Shown one piece after another: positions 45,656-57,200 of a stretch of 64,000 bases of DNA; position 1 is the stretch's first letter; each line of letters starts with the position of its first letter. Position numbers and translations under genes: made by a program. The stretch covers positions 186,001 to 250,000 of the forward strand of contig JAPDFW010000044.1 of NCBI GenBank assembly GCA_028826165.1. The letters are read 5' to 3'. The stretch comes from Anaeramoeba ignava BMAN. Taxonomy: Eukaryota > Protista > Anaeramoebae. Below the pieces are notes generated by a model, which was given only the letters and a program-made list of their open reading frames with translations, was not told where the DNA came from and made no database searches.

Positions 45656-47728
45656 ATGTTAACTTCAATAGATCAATTAAAATTAAAACAAAAAGTTTTA
45701 AGTTTAAAAAAAATTAAACCAAAAGATACTTTTTATCAAGTAATAAATAACAAAAAAAAAATTATTTCAAAATTAATTCAAATTTTTTAATTTAAATTTT
45801 AATTAATCCAAAAGAGTGAAAAAGGGAAAGAAACCTTAAAAGAAATTTTAGAGAATAAATCAAATGGTGATAATTTACTTGAATTATTATTTCAAACTTT
45901 TAAAATTCAATCAATTGTAAATTAAAAAATTAAATTAAAAAAATTGAAATTTTAAATTAAAATTTTTGATAAAAAAAAATAGCAAGAATTTAATACAATT
46001 TTACAATTTATGAATGAACTTTCTGTTACTGATCGTTTTTTTGAATTATTATTAATTTATGGTTTTCAATTTGTACTTATTTTATTTTAATTATTTTATT
46101 TAAATTATTTAATTAAATTTATTTCTTTTTTTTTTTTTAGAAAGATTTATTTAATTTAGATCAAATTTCAAATGAATTAACAAAAACAAAAATTCAAGAA
46201 AGAATTGTAAATTTAAATTTAAATTTAAATTTAAATTTAAAATTAATAAATTTTAATTCATTTCTCTTTTAGAAAGAAATTTCCGAAACTCTTGAATATT
46301 CAATCAAAAAAATAACAAAAACAAATATAGCTCAAATAAGTTTAACTTGGAATAACCAATTTGAAATTGAGAAAAATTTAAAAATTGAAATTATTCCTGA
46401 ATTTCAAGACACGTTGCTCAATCTTCAAACAGAAATCAAAGCAAATATATTGAAAGTGAATATTTGGGAATTATTTCCAAACTCAAAATACAAAATTAGT
46501 ATCAAAATTTCAAATGAAGCAAAAAATTTCCAAAAAACGGAAAAAATTGCATTTAAAACACAACCAGTTGATTTAATACTTTATACATTTCTCGATAGTG
46601 TAATCGAACCAAGAAAGATCGCAGAAGAAAGTTTCAAAGACTCTGATATGGAGTTGGAAAATGTACCAACAATAGAGGATTTGGTTAAATATTACGACAA
46701 ATATAAAGCATTAACACAAAAATTCGAAGCAATTTCGGAAAAAAGTGGAGGATCAGCAAAATTAATCAATTCAATCAAATCACAATTTGAGGATCTCTAT
46801 TTGGATTGGAGACACGATCTTGAAATCAAAGCAAAAAAGTGTTGAACTAACAAGAAAAAAGCTTCTTGATTTTCTTCAAAATTCCCAAATCAAAGAATTT
46901 GAGGAAAGTTTTTCAATGATGCAATCCAACGAGCTTGAGACGCGATTTTCGAAATACAAGATGAAAGACTTGGAGAGTCGCATGAGCTTTTTCAAAATAG
47001 CCAAGTCGATCAAGAGTCTATTTGAAATGGCAGCGAACTGTGATTCGATCCAAAAATTCATTCGTGAATTAACACCTCAATTTCAAGAGCTTTCCAAAAA
47101 AAATGACAAGTCGGCTTATGAGCAAAAACTATTTGAATTAAAGAAACACTGCGAGATTCGGAATCAATATATTGAGAACTTGAAGGAACATCGGATCGAA
47201 ATTGAGAATGTTGTGAATAAATTTCCAAATCAACACGAAACAAGTATTCTTCAATTCAACACAATAAAGAGTAATATTGATTATTTATATACCGAATTTG
47301 AGAAAACAAAGAACATTGAGGTGATGAAATCCAACTTCAAAATTCCAATAAGAAAAATTAAGCAAGAAATTGATGACAAGAAAAAAATACTTGTCAAAAT
47401 TCCCGAACATTTAAATTATTTTGAAGAATGGACTCAAACTAAGAAGGCAATAGTGAGTCTTAAAAATCAAAAGAAGGAACTTCGTCGACAACAGAAACAA
47501 AGCATTAACAAGTTGAAGCAGAATTTTCCAGAACATTTTGTTCCTTTTTTTTCAAGTACTTTTCCTCGTTTTCAATTTAATCATTCTCCAAAACATTCAC
47601 TTGAATCAAATCAACAAAATAATTCTTTTTCACCAAATTTTAGTGGAACTTTAACTTCGAGAATTTTACATGAAACAAAAAGAGCTAAATTTTTACAACA
47701 AGTTGTTCAATCTAAAGGAGAAAATTAA
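45656..47728 (+). CDS. Uncharacterised protein, possible single FN3-like domain plus coiled coil; 4 short 5' introns and one apparent frameshift near 46840
   Basis: Short GT-AG introns link ATG 45656 to ORFs 46414-46845 and 46787-47728. ISLTWN...WELFPNSKYKISIK...FKT resembles the FN3 W...LxPxxxY pattern. Confidence 0.55.
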
Positions 47729-47940
47729 AATTCAATCAAAATTTAAAATTCAATTAAAATTCAAAATTAAAATTAATTTCTATTTTGTTTTTAGTTTTTG
47801 TTTTTGTTTTATTCTGAATCAAAAAAAAATTTTGGTTATTTTTGTTTTGTTTTGTTTTGTTTTGTTTGAAAAGTAAAAAAGTAAAAGAAAGCAAATCAAT
47901 CGATCGATAGTAAAAAAAAAAAAAAGAAAAGAAAAAACTA

Positions 47941-48726
47941 TCATTGTAAATTTTCAAGAGCTTCTACGATTTTAGAATTCTTTTTCTTTTTATGAAAATC
48001 CAAAGCATTTAAACCGTCATTATTTTTTAAAGAAAAATCAATTTTATCTTTAAAAAGAAGGAGTTTTTGAGCAGTTAATTCATCTTTAGCATAAAAAAGG
48101 GGAGTAAAACCAAGATTATCTTGAAGATTAATATCAGCATTATGGGAAACAAGCTGTTCAACGACATCTGCATGACCTTCTCTTGCTGAATGGTGCAAAG
48201 CAGTTGTTTTCATAGCGGCTTGAGCGTTGACAAGCACAGAAGGTAATTTAAGTAGTTCCTTGACAACTTCAATACGGCCATAATGCGCAGCACATATTAA
48301 AGGAGTCCATCTTTTTGAATCGGCAAAATTCACATCAGCTCCTTTTTGAAGAAGACGTTGGACGTTTTTAACGTCACCTTTTTTTGCCAGATAAATTAAA
48401 AAAGCGCCATTGATTTCTTTAATGTCAGTTTTGTCACCTGCCTTTTTAAGAATGACAATTATTTTCTTTTTTCCATGACAAGCAGCATGAAGTGTAGCTG
48501 TCATGTTTTTTTTGTCCCGAATGTTTGGGTCTGCCCCCTTTTCTAGTAATTTCGTTACAATTTCTTCGTTTCCTAAAAGTGATGCATGCATTAATGCTGT
48601 CATTCCGTTAGATTCTTTTGTGTCAACTTTTGTACTTTGACTTAATACAAATTCAATTAATTCTAGATTCTGTTCTTTTACACAATGTATTAATGGTGGA
48701 TCGCCAAATGTATCAGAAATATTCAT
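47941..48726 (-). CDS. Ankyrin-repeat protein
   Basis: GMTALMHAS, WTPLICAAHYG, TALHHSAREGH, GFTPLFYA and GADVN. Confidence 0.95.
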   Translation of the reverse strand: MNISDTFGDPPLIHCVKEQNLELIEFVLSQSTKVDTKESNGMTALMHASLLGNEEIVTKLLEKGADPNIRDKKNMTATLHAACHGKKKIIVILKKAGDKTDIKEINGAFLIYLAKKGDVKNVQRLLQKGADVNFADSKRWTPLICAAHYGRIEVVKELLKLPSVLVNAQAAMKTTALHHSAREGHADVVEQLVSHNADINLQDNLGFTPLFYAKDELTAQKLLLFKDKIDFSLKNNDGLNALDFHKKKKNSKIVEALENLQ

Positions 48727-49060
48727 TTTGTTTTGTTTTTTTTTTATGTTAATTTGTTTATTATTTTATTTTAAAAAGAAAAAAAATGAAAAAAAAAAAA
48801 ATGAAAAAAAAAATTTAAATTTAAATAAAAAGGAGAAAAAAAAATTTAAAATAAAAAGGAGAAAAAATTTTAATTTTAATTTTTAATTTAAATTTTAATT
48901 TTAATTAATTTGGGGGTTTTAATTTATTGGCGTTTTTTTTATTTAATTTATTTTAAAAAAAGATAAAAAGTTTGATCTATTTTTAATAATTTAAATAATT
49001 TTTTTTTCATTTTTCATTTTTTTCTCTTTTCCAAAAAATAAAACAAACAAAAAATTGGAA

Positions 49061-52000
49061 ATGAAAATTAATTCAAATTTCCTTTTCCTTTTTCTTTTTC
49101 TTTTTCTTTTTAATTTTTGCTTTTCTTTAAATGTTGAAGTTGAAATTTACCAAACAAGTCAATATACTCAAGATAGAATCACAAAAAAAACTTCAATTTA
49201 TTTTCAACCAATTGATTCAAATTTAGGTGATACACAATTAATTCTTGAACCAAATATAACTCATCAAACTATTCAAGGTTTTGGTGGTTCTTTTACTGGT
49301 AATTTTAATTTTAATTTAAATTTTAAAAAAAAGAATAAATTTTTAATTTTAATAAATAGAATCAAGTGCTATAAATTTATTTTCCCTTTCTACAAGTGTT
49401 CAACAACAAATTATGGAATCTTTATTTCAATATTTAAATTTCTCAATGGGTCGAATTCATATTAACAGGTTTGGAATTTCCAAATCTATAATATTAAATC
49501 TATAATATTAAATCAATATTAAATCAATAATAAATTAATATTAAATTAATATTAAATCTATAATATTAAATCAATAATATTAAATCTATAATATTAAATC
49601 TATAATATTAAATCTATAATATTAAATCAATATTAAATCTATATTAAATCAATATTAAATCAATATTATTAAATCAATATTATTAAATCAATATTATTAA
49701 ATCAATATTAAATAAATAATATTAAATCAATAATATTAAATTAATATTAAATCAATATTATTAAATCAATATTAAATCAATAATATTAAATCAATATTAA
49801 ATCAATATTAAATCAATATTAAATCAATATTAAATTATTATTAAAATCTATAATATTAAATCAATATTAAATCAATATTAAATCAATATTAAATCATTAA
49901 TATTAAATTAATATTAAATCAATATTAAATCAATATTAAATCATTAATATTAAATTAATATTAAATCAATATTAAATCAATATTAAATCAATAATATCAT
50001 TAAATCAATATTAATATTAAATCAATATTAAATCATTAAATCAATATTAAATTAATATTAAATCAATATTAAATCAATATTAAATCATTAATAAAAATCA
50101 ATAAATCAATATTAAATCATTAATATTAAATCAATATATTAAAAATCAATAATAAATTAAATTAAATAATAAATCATTAATATTAAATCAATATTAAATC
50201 AATATTAAATCAATATTAAATCAATATTAAATCAATATTAAATCAATATTAAATCAATAATATTAAATCAATAATATTAAATCAATATTAAATCAATATT
50301 AAATCAATAATATTAAATCAATAATATTATTAAATAAATTAATCATTAATTAAATTAATATTAAATCAATATTAAATATTAAATAAAAATATTAAATCAA
50401 TATTAAATCAATTAAAATATTAAATCAATATTAAATGAATCAATATTAAATCTATATTAAATCAATATTAAATCAATATTAAATCAATAAATCAATAATT
50501 TTAAATAATTTTATTAAATCAATATTATTAAATTTTTAAAATAAATTAAATAATATTAAATCAATATTAAATCAATATTAAATCAATATTAAAATCAATA
50601 TTAAATCAAATTAAATCAATATTAAATCAATAATATTAAATCAATATTAAATCAATATTAAATCAATATTAAATCAATATTAAATCAATATTAAATCAAT
50701 ATTAAATCAATAATATTAAATCAATATTAAATCAATAATATTAAATCAATATTAAATCAATAATATTAAATCAATATTAAATCAATATTAAATCCATAAT
50801 AATATTAAATCAATATTAAATCAATATTAAATCAATATTAAATCAATATTAAATCAATATTAAATCAATATTAAATCAATATTAAATCAATATTAAAAAT
50901 ATTAAATCAATATTAATCAAATCAATATTAAATCAATATTAAATCAATATTAAATCAATATTAAATCAATATTAAAATTAAATCAATATTAAATCAATAT
51001 TAAATCAATAATATTAAATCGCAATAATAAATCAATATTTTTAAAAATCAATAAATTAAATTAATAAATCAATAATATTAAATAAAATAATATTAAATCA
51101 ATAATATTAAATCAATATTAAATCAATATTAAAAATATTAAATCAATAATATTAAATCAATAATAATACTAAATCAATTTTTAATAATAAATCAATATTA
51201 AATTAATATTAAATCTATATTATTAAATCTATATTAAATCAATATTAAATCAATATTAAATAATATTAAATCAATATTAAATCAATATTATTAAATCAAT
51301 ATTATTAAATCAATATTATTAAATCAATATTTTTAAATAATTTTAAATTAATAATTTTAAATAAATTATTTTATTCTTTTTGATTTCTAGTTGCGATTAT
51401 TGTGAATCAACTTATAATTTTGATGATATATCAGGAGATTATAATTTAACAAAATTTAATCTATCAAATGGACCAGATTTACAAACAATAATTCCAATGA
51501 TTAAAATGGCATTAAATTACAATCCAAATTTAAAAATTGTTGGATCACCATGGAGTCCACCACCTCAATATAAATCAAATAATGAAATGAATACAAGTTC
51601 AATTCCTTGTTTGATTGATAATATCACTATTTCTGAATCTTGGGCTCTTTATTTCTCAAAATTTATTCAAGCTTATAAAGATGAAGGTGTTGATATTTGG
51701 GGTGTTACTGTTCAAAATCAACCAACTCAAAACAATACTTGGGAATCTTGTGTTTATAGTGCTTATCAAGAAGCTGATTTTTTAATTAATCATTTAGGTC
51801 CTAGATTAAGACAAGATTTTCCTGATGTTAAAATTTTCATTCATGGTTAGTTAGTTTAATTTAATTTAAATATTTGATTTAATTTAATTTAATTTAATTT
51901 AATTTAATTTAATTTAATTTAAATAATTGATTTAATTTAATTTTATTTTTTTTAATTTAATTTAATTTAATTTAATTTAATTTAATTTGATTTTATTTAA

Positions 52001-53461
52001 TTTAATTTGATTTGATTTAATTTGATTTAATTTGATTTGATTTAATTTTATTTGATTTTATTTAATTTAATTTAATTTAATTTAATTTAATTTAATTTAA
52101 ATATTTGATTTAATTTATTTGATTAATTTAGATGGAAACAAAGACACAATTTTTGATTGGGCTTCTTTAATTTTATCAGAAACAGAAGTTTTCAAATATT
52201 GTGATGGAGTAGCTTTTCAATGGTATAAATAATAAATAATAAATAATAAATAATAAAAATAATAAATAATAAATAATAAATAATAAATAATAAATAATAA
52301 ATAATAAATAATAAATATTATTAAATCAAAATAATAGGTATAGTGGATTTGATTTTGGAGATGTAGCAAAAGTTAGTGAATATTATCCTGAATATATGCT
52401 TCTTTCAACAGTAAATAATCTTTTTTAATTCGAGATCTTTAACATTATTTATAAATCAAAATAATAATAATTTCATTTAATTATTTTTAGGAAGCTGGAT
52501 CTTGTCCAATGATATTAAATGATTGGGGAGCAGCAGAATTTCTTGCTTTTGATATGATTGGTGATTTAAATTCAAATTCTGTTGGATGGATTGCTTGGAA
52601 TTTAATTTTGGATATGGAAGGAGGTCCAAATGTTTGATTTAAAAAACCAAAAAAAAATTAATTATTTTGAAAATTTATTGAAAATTATTTATAATTAAAA
52701 TAATAATAATAAAAGCATGCTGGTAATAATTGTACAGCTATTTATCATGTTGATACAATTGCTAAAAGAGTTTATGTTCAACCTCAAGTAATTTAATCAA
52801 TTAAATTAAATCAATTATATAAATTAATTCAAATTAAATTAAATCAAATCAATTTAAATCAAATCAATTATATAAATTAAATTAAATATTTAAATCAAAT
52901 CAAATTAAATTAATTCAAATTAAATCAAATCAAATCAATTTAAATTAAATTAAATTAAATATTTAAATCAAATCAAATCAATTATTTAAATCAAATTAAA
53001 TTAATTAAATCAATTTAAATTAATTTAAATCAAATTAAATTAAATTAAATCAAATATTTAAATTAATTTAAATCAATATTAAATCAATATTAAATCTATA
53101 TTAAATCAATTTAAATTAAATTAAATTAAATCAATTAAATCAAATTAAATCAAATTAAATTAAATTAATTTAAATCAATTAAATTAAATTTCTTGTTCGA
53201 TTTCAATTTTAGTTTTATTATATTGGTCAATTAACAAAATTCATTTGGGTTAATTCAACAAGAATTGAAGTTAATAATCAAGGAATTTATACACTTAATT
53301 TAGACCAAGTTGCTTTCCAAAGAACAGATAATAAAATTATTTTAGTTGTAATGACTTCAGTTGATTATGAAATTGATTTTGATATTGTTTATGGAAATTA
53401 TTATGCAAAAACTACAATTTCTCCAAGAACAATTATGACATTTTTGTTTGATAAATTTTAA
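49061..53461 (+). CDS. GH30 glucosylceramidase-like glycoside hydrolase (8 exons), with the acid/base Glu replaced by Gln
   Basis: Signal peptide; QTIQGFGGSFTES, RIHINSCD, GSPWSPP, WALYFSKFIQAY..GVDIWGVTVQNQP, AFQWY, LLSTEAG and GWIAWNLILDMEGGPN. Seven GT-AG introns placed. Confidence 0.9.
49469..51390 (+). repeat. 1.9-kb intron built from an 11-bp tandem repeat (aatattaaatc)
   Basis: Period 11 visible; GTTTGG donor and TTCTAG acceptor. Confidence 0.9.
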
Positions 53462-53682
53462 CTTACTTTTTGATAAGAAAAAAAAAAGTTAATCCAAAAA
53501 ACAAAAAACAAAAAACAAAAAACAATCAATTTTGCTTTTCAATCATTTTCAAATTTTAAATTGAAATTTGCTTTTTTTGTTTTTCATTTTTTTCATTTTT
53601 CTCATTTTTTACAAAAATAAATCAAAAAAAAATTGTTTTCTTTCTTTCTTTCTTTCTTTCTTTAATTTTAAAATTAAAAAAA

Positions 53683-56347
53683 ATGAATCAAATTGTTTCA
53701 GTTGCTGTTGGTCAACCTGGTTTACAAATTAATAGCAAATATTGGAATCAATTAATTTTAGAACATGGTTTAGATTATGATGGCTTACCAAAACTTTCAC
53801 AAAATTTATTACAAAAGGAGAAAATAAATGTTTATTTTGATGAAAAAAAAGGTGAGAATTAGAAATAGAATTATAAATAGAAATAGAAATAGAAATAGAA
53901 ATATAAATAGAATTATAATTAAAATTAGAATTATAAATAGAATTATAATTAAAATTAGAATTATAAATAGAATTATAAATATAAATATAATTAGAAATAG
54001 AATTATAAATAGAATTATAAATAGAATTATAAATAGAATTATAAATAGAAAAGAATTAGAAATAGAATTAGAATTATAAATTATAGAATTAGAATTATAA
54101 TTAGAAATAGAATTATAAATAAATAGAAAAATAAAGAATGAGAATTATAAATAGAAATAGAAATAAAATAGAAATTAGAAATAGAAATAAATAAAAATTA
54201 TAATTATAAAATATAAATATAAATAGAATTATAATTATAAATAGAATTAGAAATAGAATTAAATAGAAATAGAAATAGAAATTAGAAATAGAATTAGAAA
54301 TAGAAATAGAAATAGAAATAGAAATAGAAATAGAAATAGAAATAGAAATAGAAATAGAAATAGAAATAGAAATAGAAATAGAAATAGAATTGGTGGTAGA
54401 AATAGAAATAGAAATAGAAATAGAAATAGAAATAGAAATAGAAATAGAAATAGAAATAAAAATAGAAATGAAAGAAATTATAAATAGAAATAAAATCAAA
54501 ATAGAAATAGAAATAGAATTATAATTAGAATCAAAATTAAAATTAAAATTAAAATTAAATCAAAAAAAATTAAAATCAAAATTAAAATCAAAATTAAAAT
54601 CAAAATTAAAATCAAAATTAAAATCAAAATTAAAATTAAAATTAAAATCAAAATTAAATTCAAAATTAAAATTAAAATCAAAATCAAAATTAAAATTAAA
54701 GCTAAATTCTCTAAGAGATATGTTCCTCGTTCAGTTTTTGTTGATCTTTCTGATGGAACAAGTCAAACAATAAAATCAAGTAAAATGGGGAAATTATTTT
54801 CACCAGATTCATATATAACAACAAATTTCAATTCAATAACATTTGCAAACTGTATGTATAATGAAGGATATGAAATGGCAGAAATAGCATTAGATCAAAT
54901 AAGAAAAGAGATAGAAAAATGTGATTTACTTCAAGGTCTTGAATTCACATTTTCAATAGATGATCCATGTGGAGCTGGACTTGGTTCGCTTCTTGTTTCA
55001 AAAATTAGAGAAGAATATCCGGATCGAGTTATTTCTGTTTGTGCTTCAATTCCTTCTTTTGAAACATCAAATAATGTTATCTCTGCTTATCATATTGTTC
55101 TTGCTATTCAATCTCTTATTGAAAATGCTGATTTGGTTACTTCTTTTGACCTTAAAACTATTCTTAATTTTCTTCAAATTCAAAAAGGTTATCAAAATCC
55201 AAATATTGATAATTTCGAAGATGTTATTGCTCAAACTTTTTCTAATATTACAGCTCCTTTAAGATCAAAAGGTAGAAATCAAAATCAAAATTAAAATCAA
55301 AATTAAAATTAAAATTAAAATCAAAATCAAAATCAATAAAAATCAAAATCAAAATTAAAATTAAAATCAAAATCAAAATTAAAATCAAAATCAAAATCAA
55401 AATTTAAATTAAAATCAAAATCAAAATCAAAATGAAAATCAAAATCAGAATCAAAATCAAAATCAAAATCAAAATCAAAATCAAAATTAAAATTAAAATT
55501 TAATCAAAATTAAAATTTAAATTAAAATCAAAATTAAAATCAAATTAAAATAATTAAAATCAAAATCAAAATTAAAATAAAAATCAAAATCAAAATCAAA
55601 ATCAAAATGAAAATCAAAATCAAAATCAAAATCAAAATTAAAATCAAAAATTCAAAATCAAAATCAAAATTAAATCAAAATTAAAATCAAAATTAAAACC
55701 AAAATCAAAAAGGAACAAAAAACCTAAACCTTCGAACAATTGCAGTTCAATTAGTCCTTTTTCCAAGACTTCATTTTTTTATACCATCATTGGTTAGAAG
55801 TCCAATCGAATATTTCAACAATTTAGGACAAAAAGGATATCATGATTTAATTGAACAAACATTTTTACCTCAAAACATTTTCTCAACAACAAACTTAGAA
55901 TCAGAAAAAACATTCACAGCTTTATTAAATTTTAGAGGAGAAATTGGAACTGATTATGATTTTTTTGAACATATTAATTCAATTTTCAAAAAGAATTCTT
56001 ATTATCAAAGTTTTTTAATGAATCATTCATTAACTTCTTTTACTGAACTTCCTCCTTATAATGAAAAATATGGTTCAAGTGCTCTTTTTAATACTTCAGC
56101 AATAGTTTCCACTTTTAATGATAGATTAAAGCAATTTAGTAAAATGTTTGAAAAAAAAGCTTTTATTCATTGGTTCACTTCAGAAGGAATGGATGAAATG
56201 GAATTTGTTGAAGCTGAAAATAATCTTAAGGATTTAGTTCTAGAATACCAACAATATTCAGAACAAGGAAATCCTTTAATTGATGATTATGAAAGATTTT
56301 GGGAAGACCATTTTGATTATGAATTCAAACAACGTTATTTTTATTAA
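53683..56347 (+). CDS. Highly divergent beta-tubulin-like protein. Exons 53683-53851, 54702-55271, 55713-56347
   Basis: MNQIVSVAVGQPGLQI..EHGL, RYVPRSVFVDL, RKEIEKCDLLQG, SKIREEYPDR, LIENAD, FPRLHFF and AFIHWFTSEGMDEMEFVEAENNLKDLVLEYQQY (beta-type C-terminal helix). Confidence 0.88.
53852..54701 (+). repeat. Intron made of (AAATAG)n followed by (AAAATT/C)n
   Basis: Direct reading; GTGAGA donor and AAAG acceptor. Confidence 0.85.
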
Positions 56348-56420
56348 ATCCAAATAAAAATAAAAATAAAAATTTCTATTCAATTTGATCTATATTTTAT
56401 TAATTTTTTTTAAATTTTTG

Positions 56421-57003
56421 GAAATAGATTTAATTTAATATTTAATTTATAAATTAATTTAAAAATATAATTTAATATTTAATTTTATTATTAAAATAAT
56501 AATTTATTGTTTTAGATTTAAATATTTTATTATTTAAATATTTAACATATAAATATAAAAAATGAAAATAGATTTAATTTAATATTTAATTTATAAATTA
56601 ATTTAAAAATATAATTTAATATTTAATTTTATTATTAAAATAATAATTTATTGTTTTAGATTTAAATATTTTTATTATTTAAATATTTAACATATAAATA
56701 TAAAAACAAGAATAGATTTAATTTAATATTTAGTTTATAAATTAATTTAAAAATATAATTTAATATTTAATTTATAAATTAATTTAAAAATATAATTTAA
56801 TATTTAATTTTATGTTTAAAATAATAATTTATTGTTTTAGATTTAAATATTTTATTATTTAAATATTTAACATATAAATATAAAAAATGAAAATAGATTT
56901 AATTTAATATTTAATTTATAAATTAATTTAAAAATATAATTTAATATTTAATTTTATTATTAAAATAATAATTTATTGTTTTAGATTTAAATATTTTATT
57001 TAA
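56421..57003. repeat. Intergenic tandem repeat, ~144-bp unit, about 4 copies
   Basis: The g of the marker atagattt falls at 56427, 56571, 56715 and 56896 (the last interval includes an internal duplication of ~37 bp). Confidence 0.85.
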
Positions 57004-57200
57004 TAAAAAAAGTAAGAATAAAATGAGAAAATATTTATAAAATAAAAAAAGAAAAATAAATTTATCTTCTTTTTTTTTGCTTTTTTTTCTCATTTCATTT
57101 TTTTTTTTCATTTTTTTCTTTTATCAATTTAATTCAAAATTTTTGCTTTTTTTTATTATTAATAAGAAGAAACATTAAAAACATTAAAAACAATAAATAG

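Noticed and set aside
7495-46845. Frameshifts in actin (~7508, ~8125), exon 1 of the repeat protein (~14900-15120), RCC1-BTB (~26080), importin (~30243) and the orphan gene (~46840) as programmed frameshifting or pseudogenes
   Set aside because: All lie in or beside A/T homopolymers, and the flanking sequence has no in-frame stops. Uncorrected long-read indel errors are the simplest explanation; short-read polishing would settle it.
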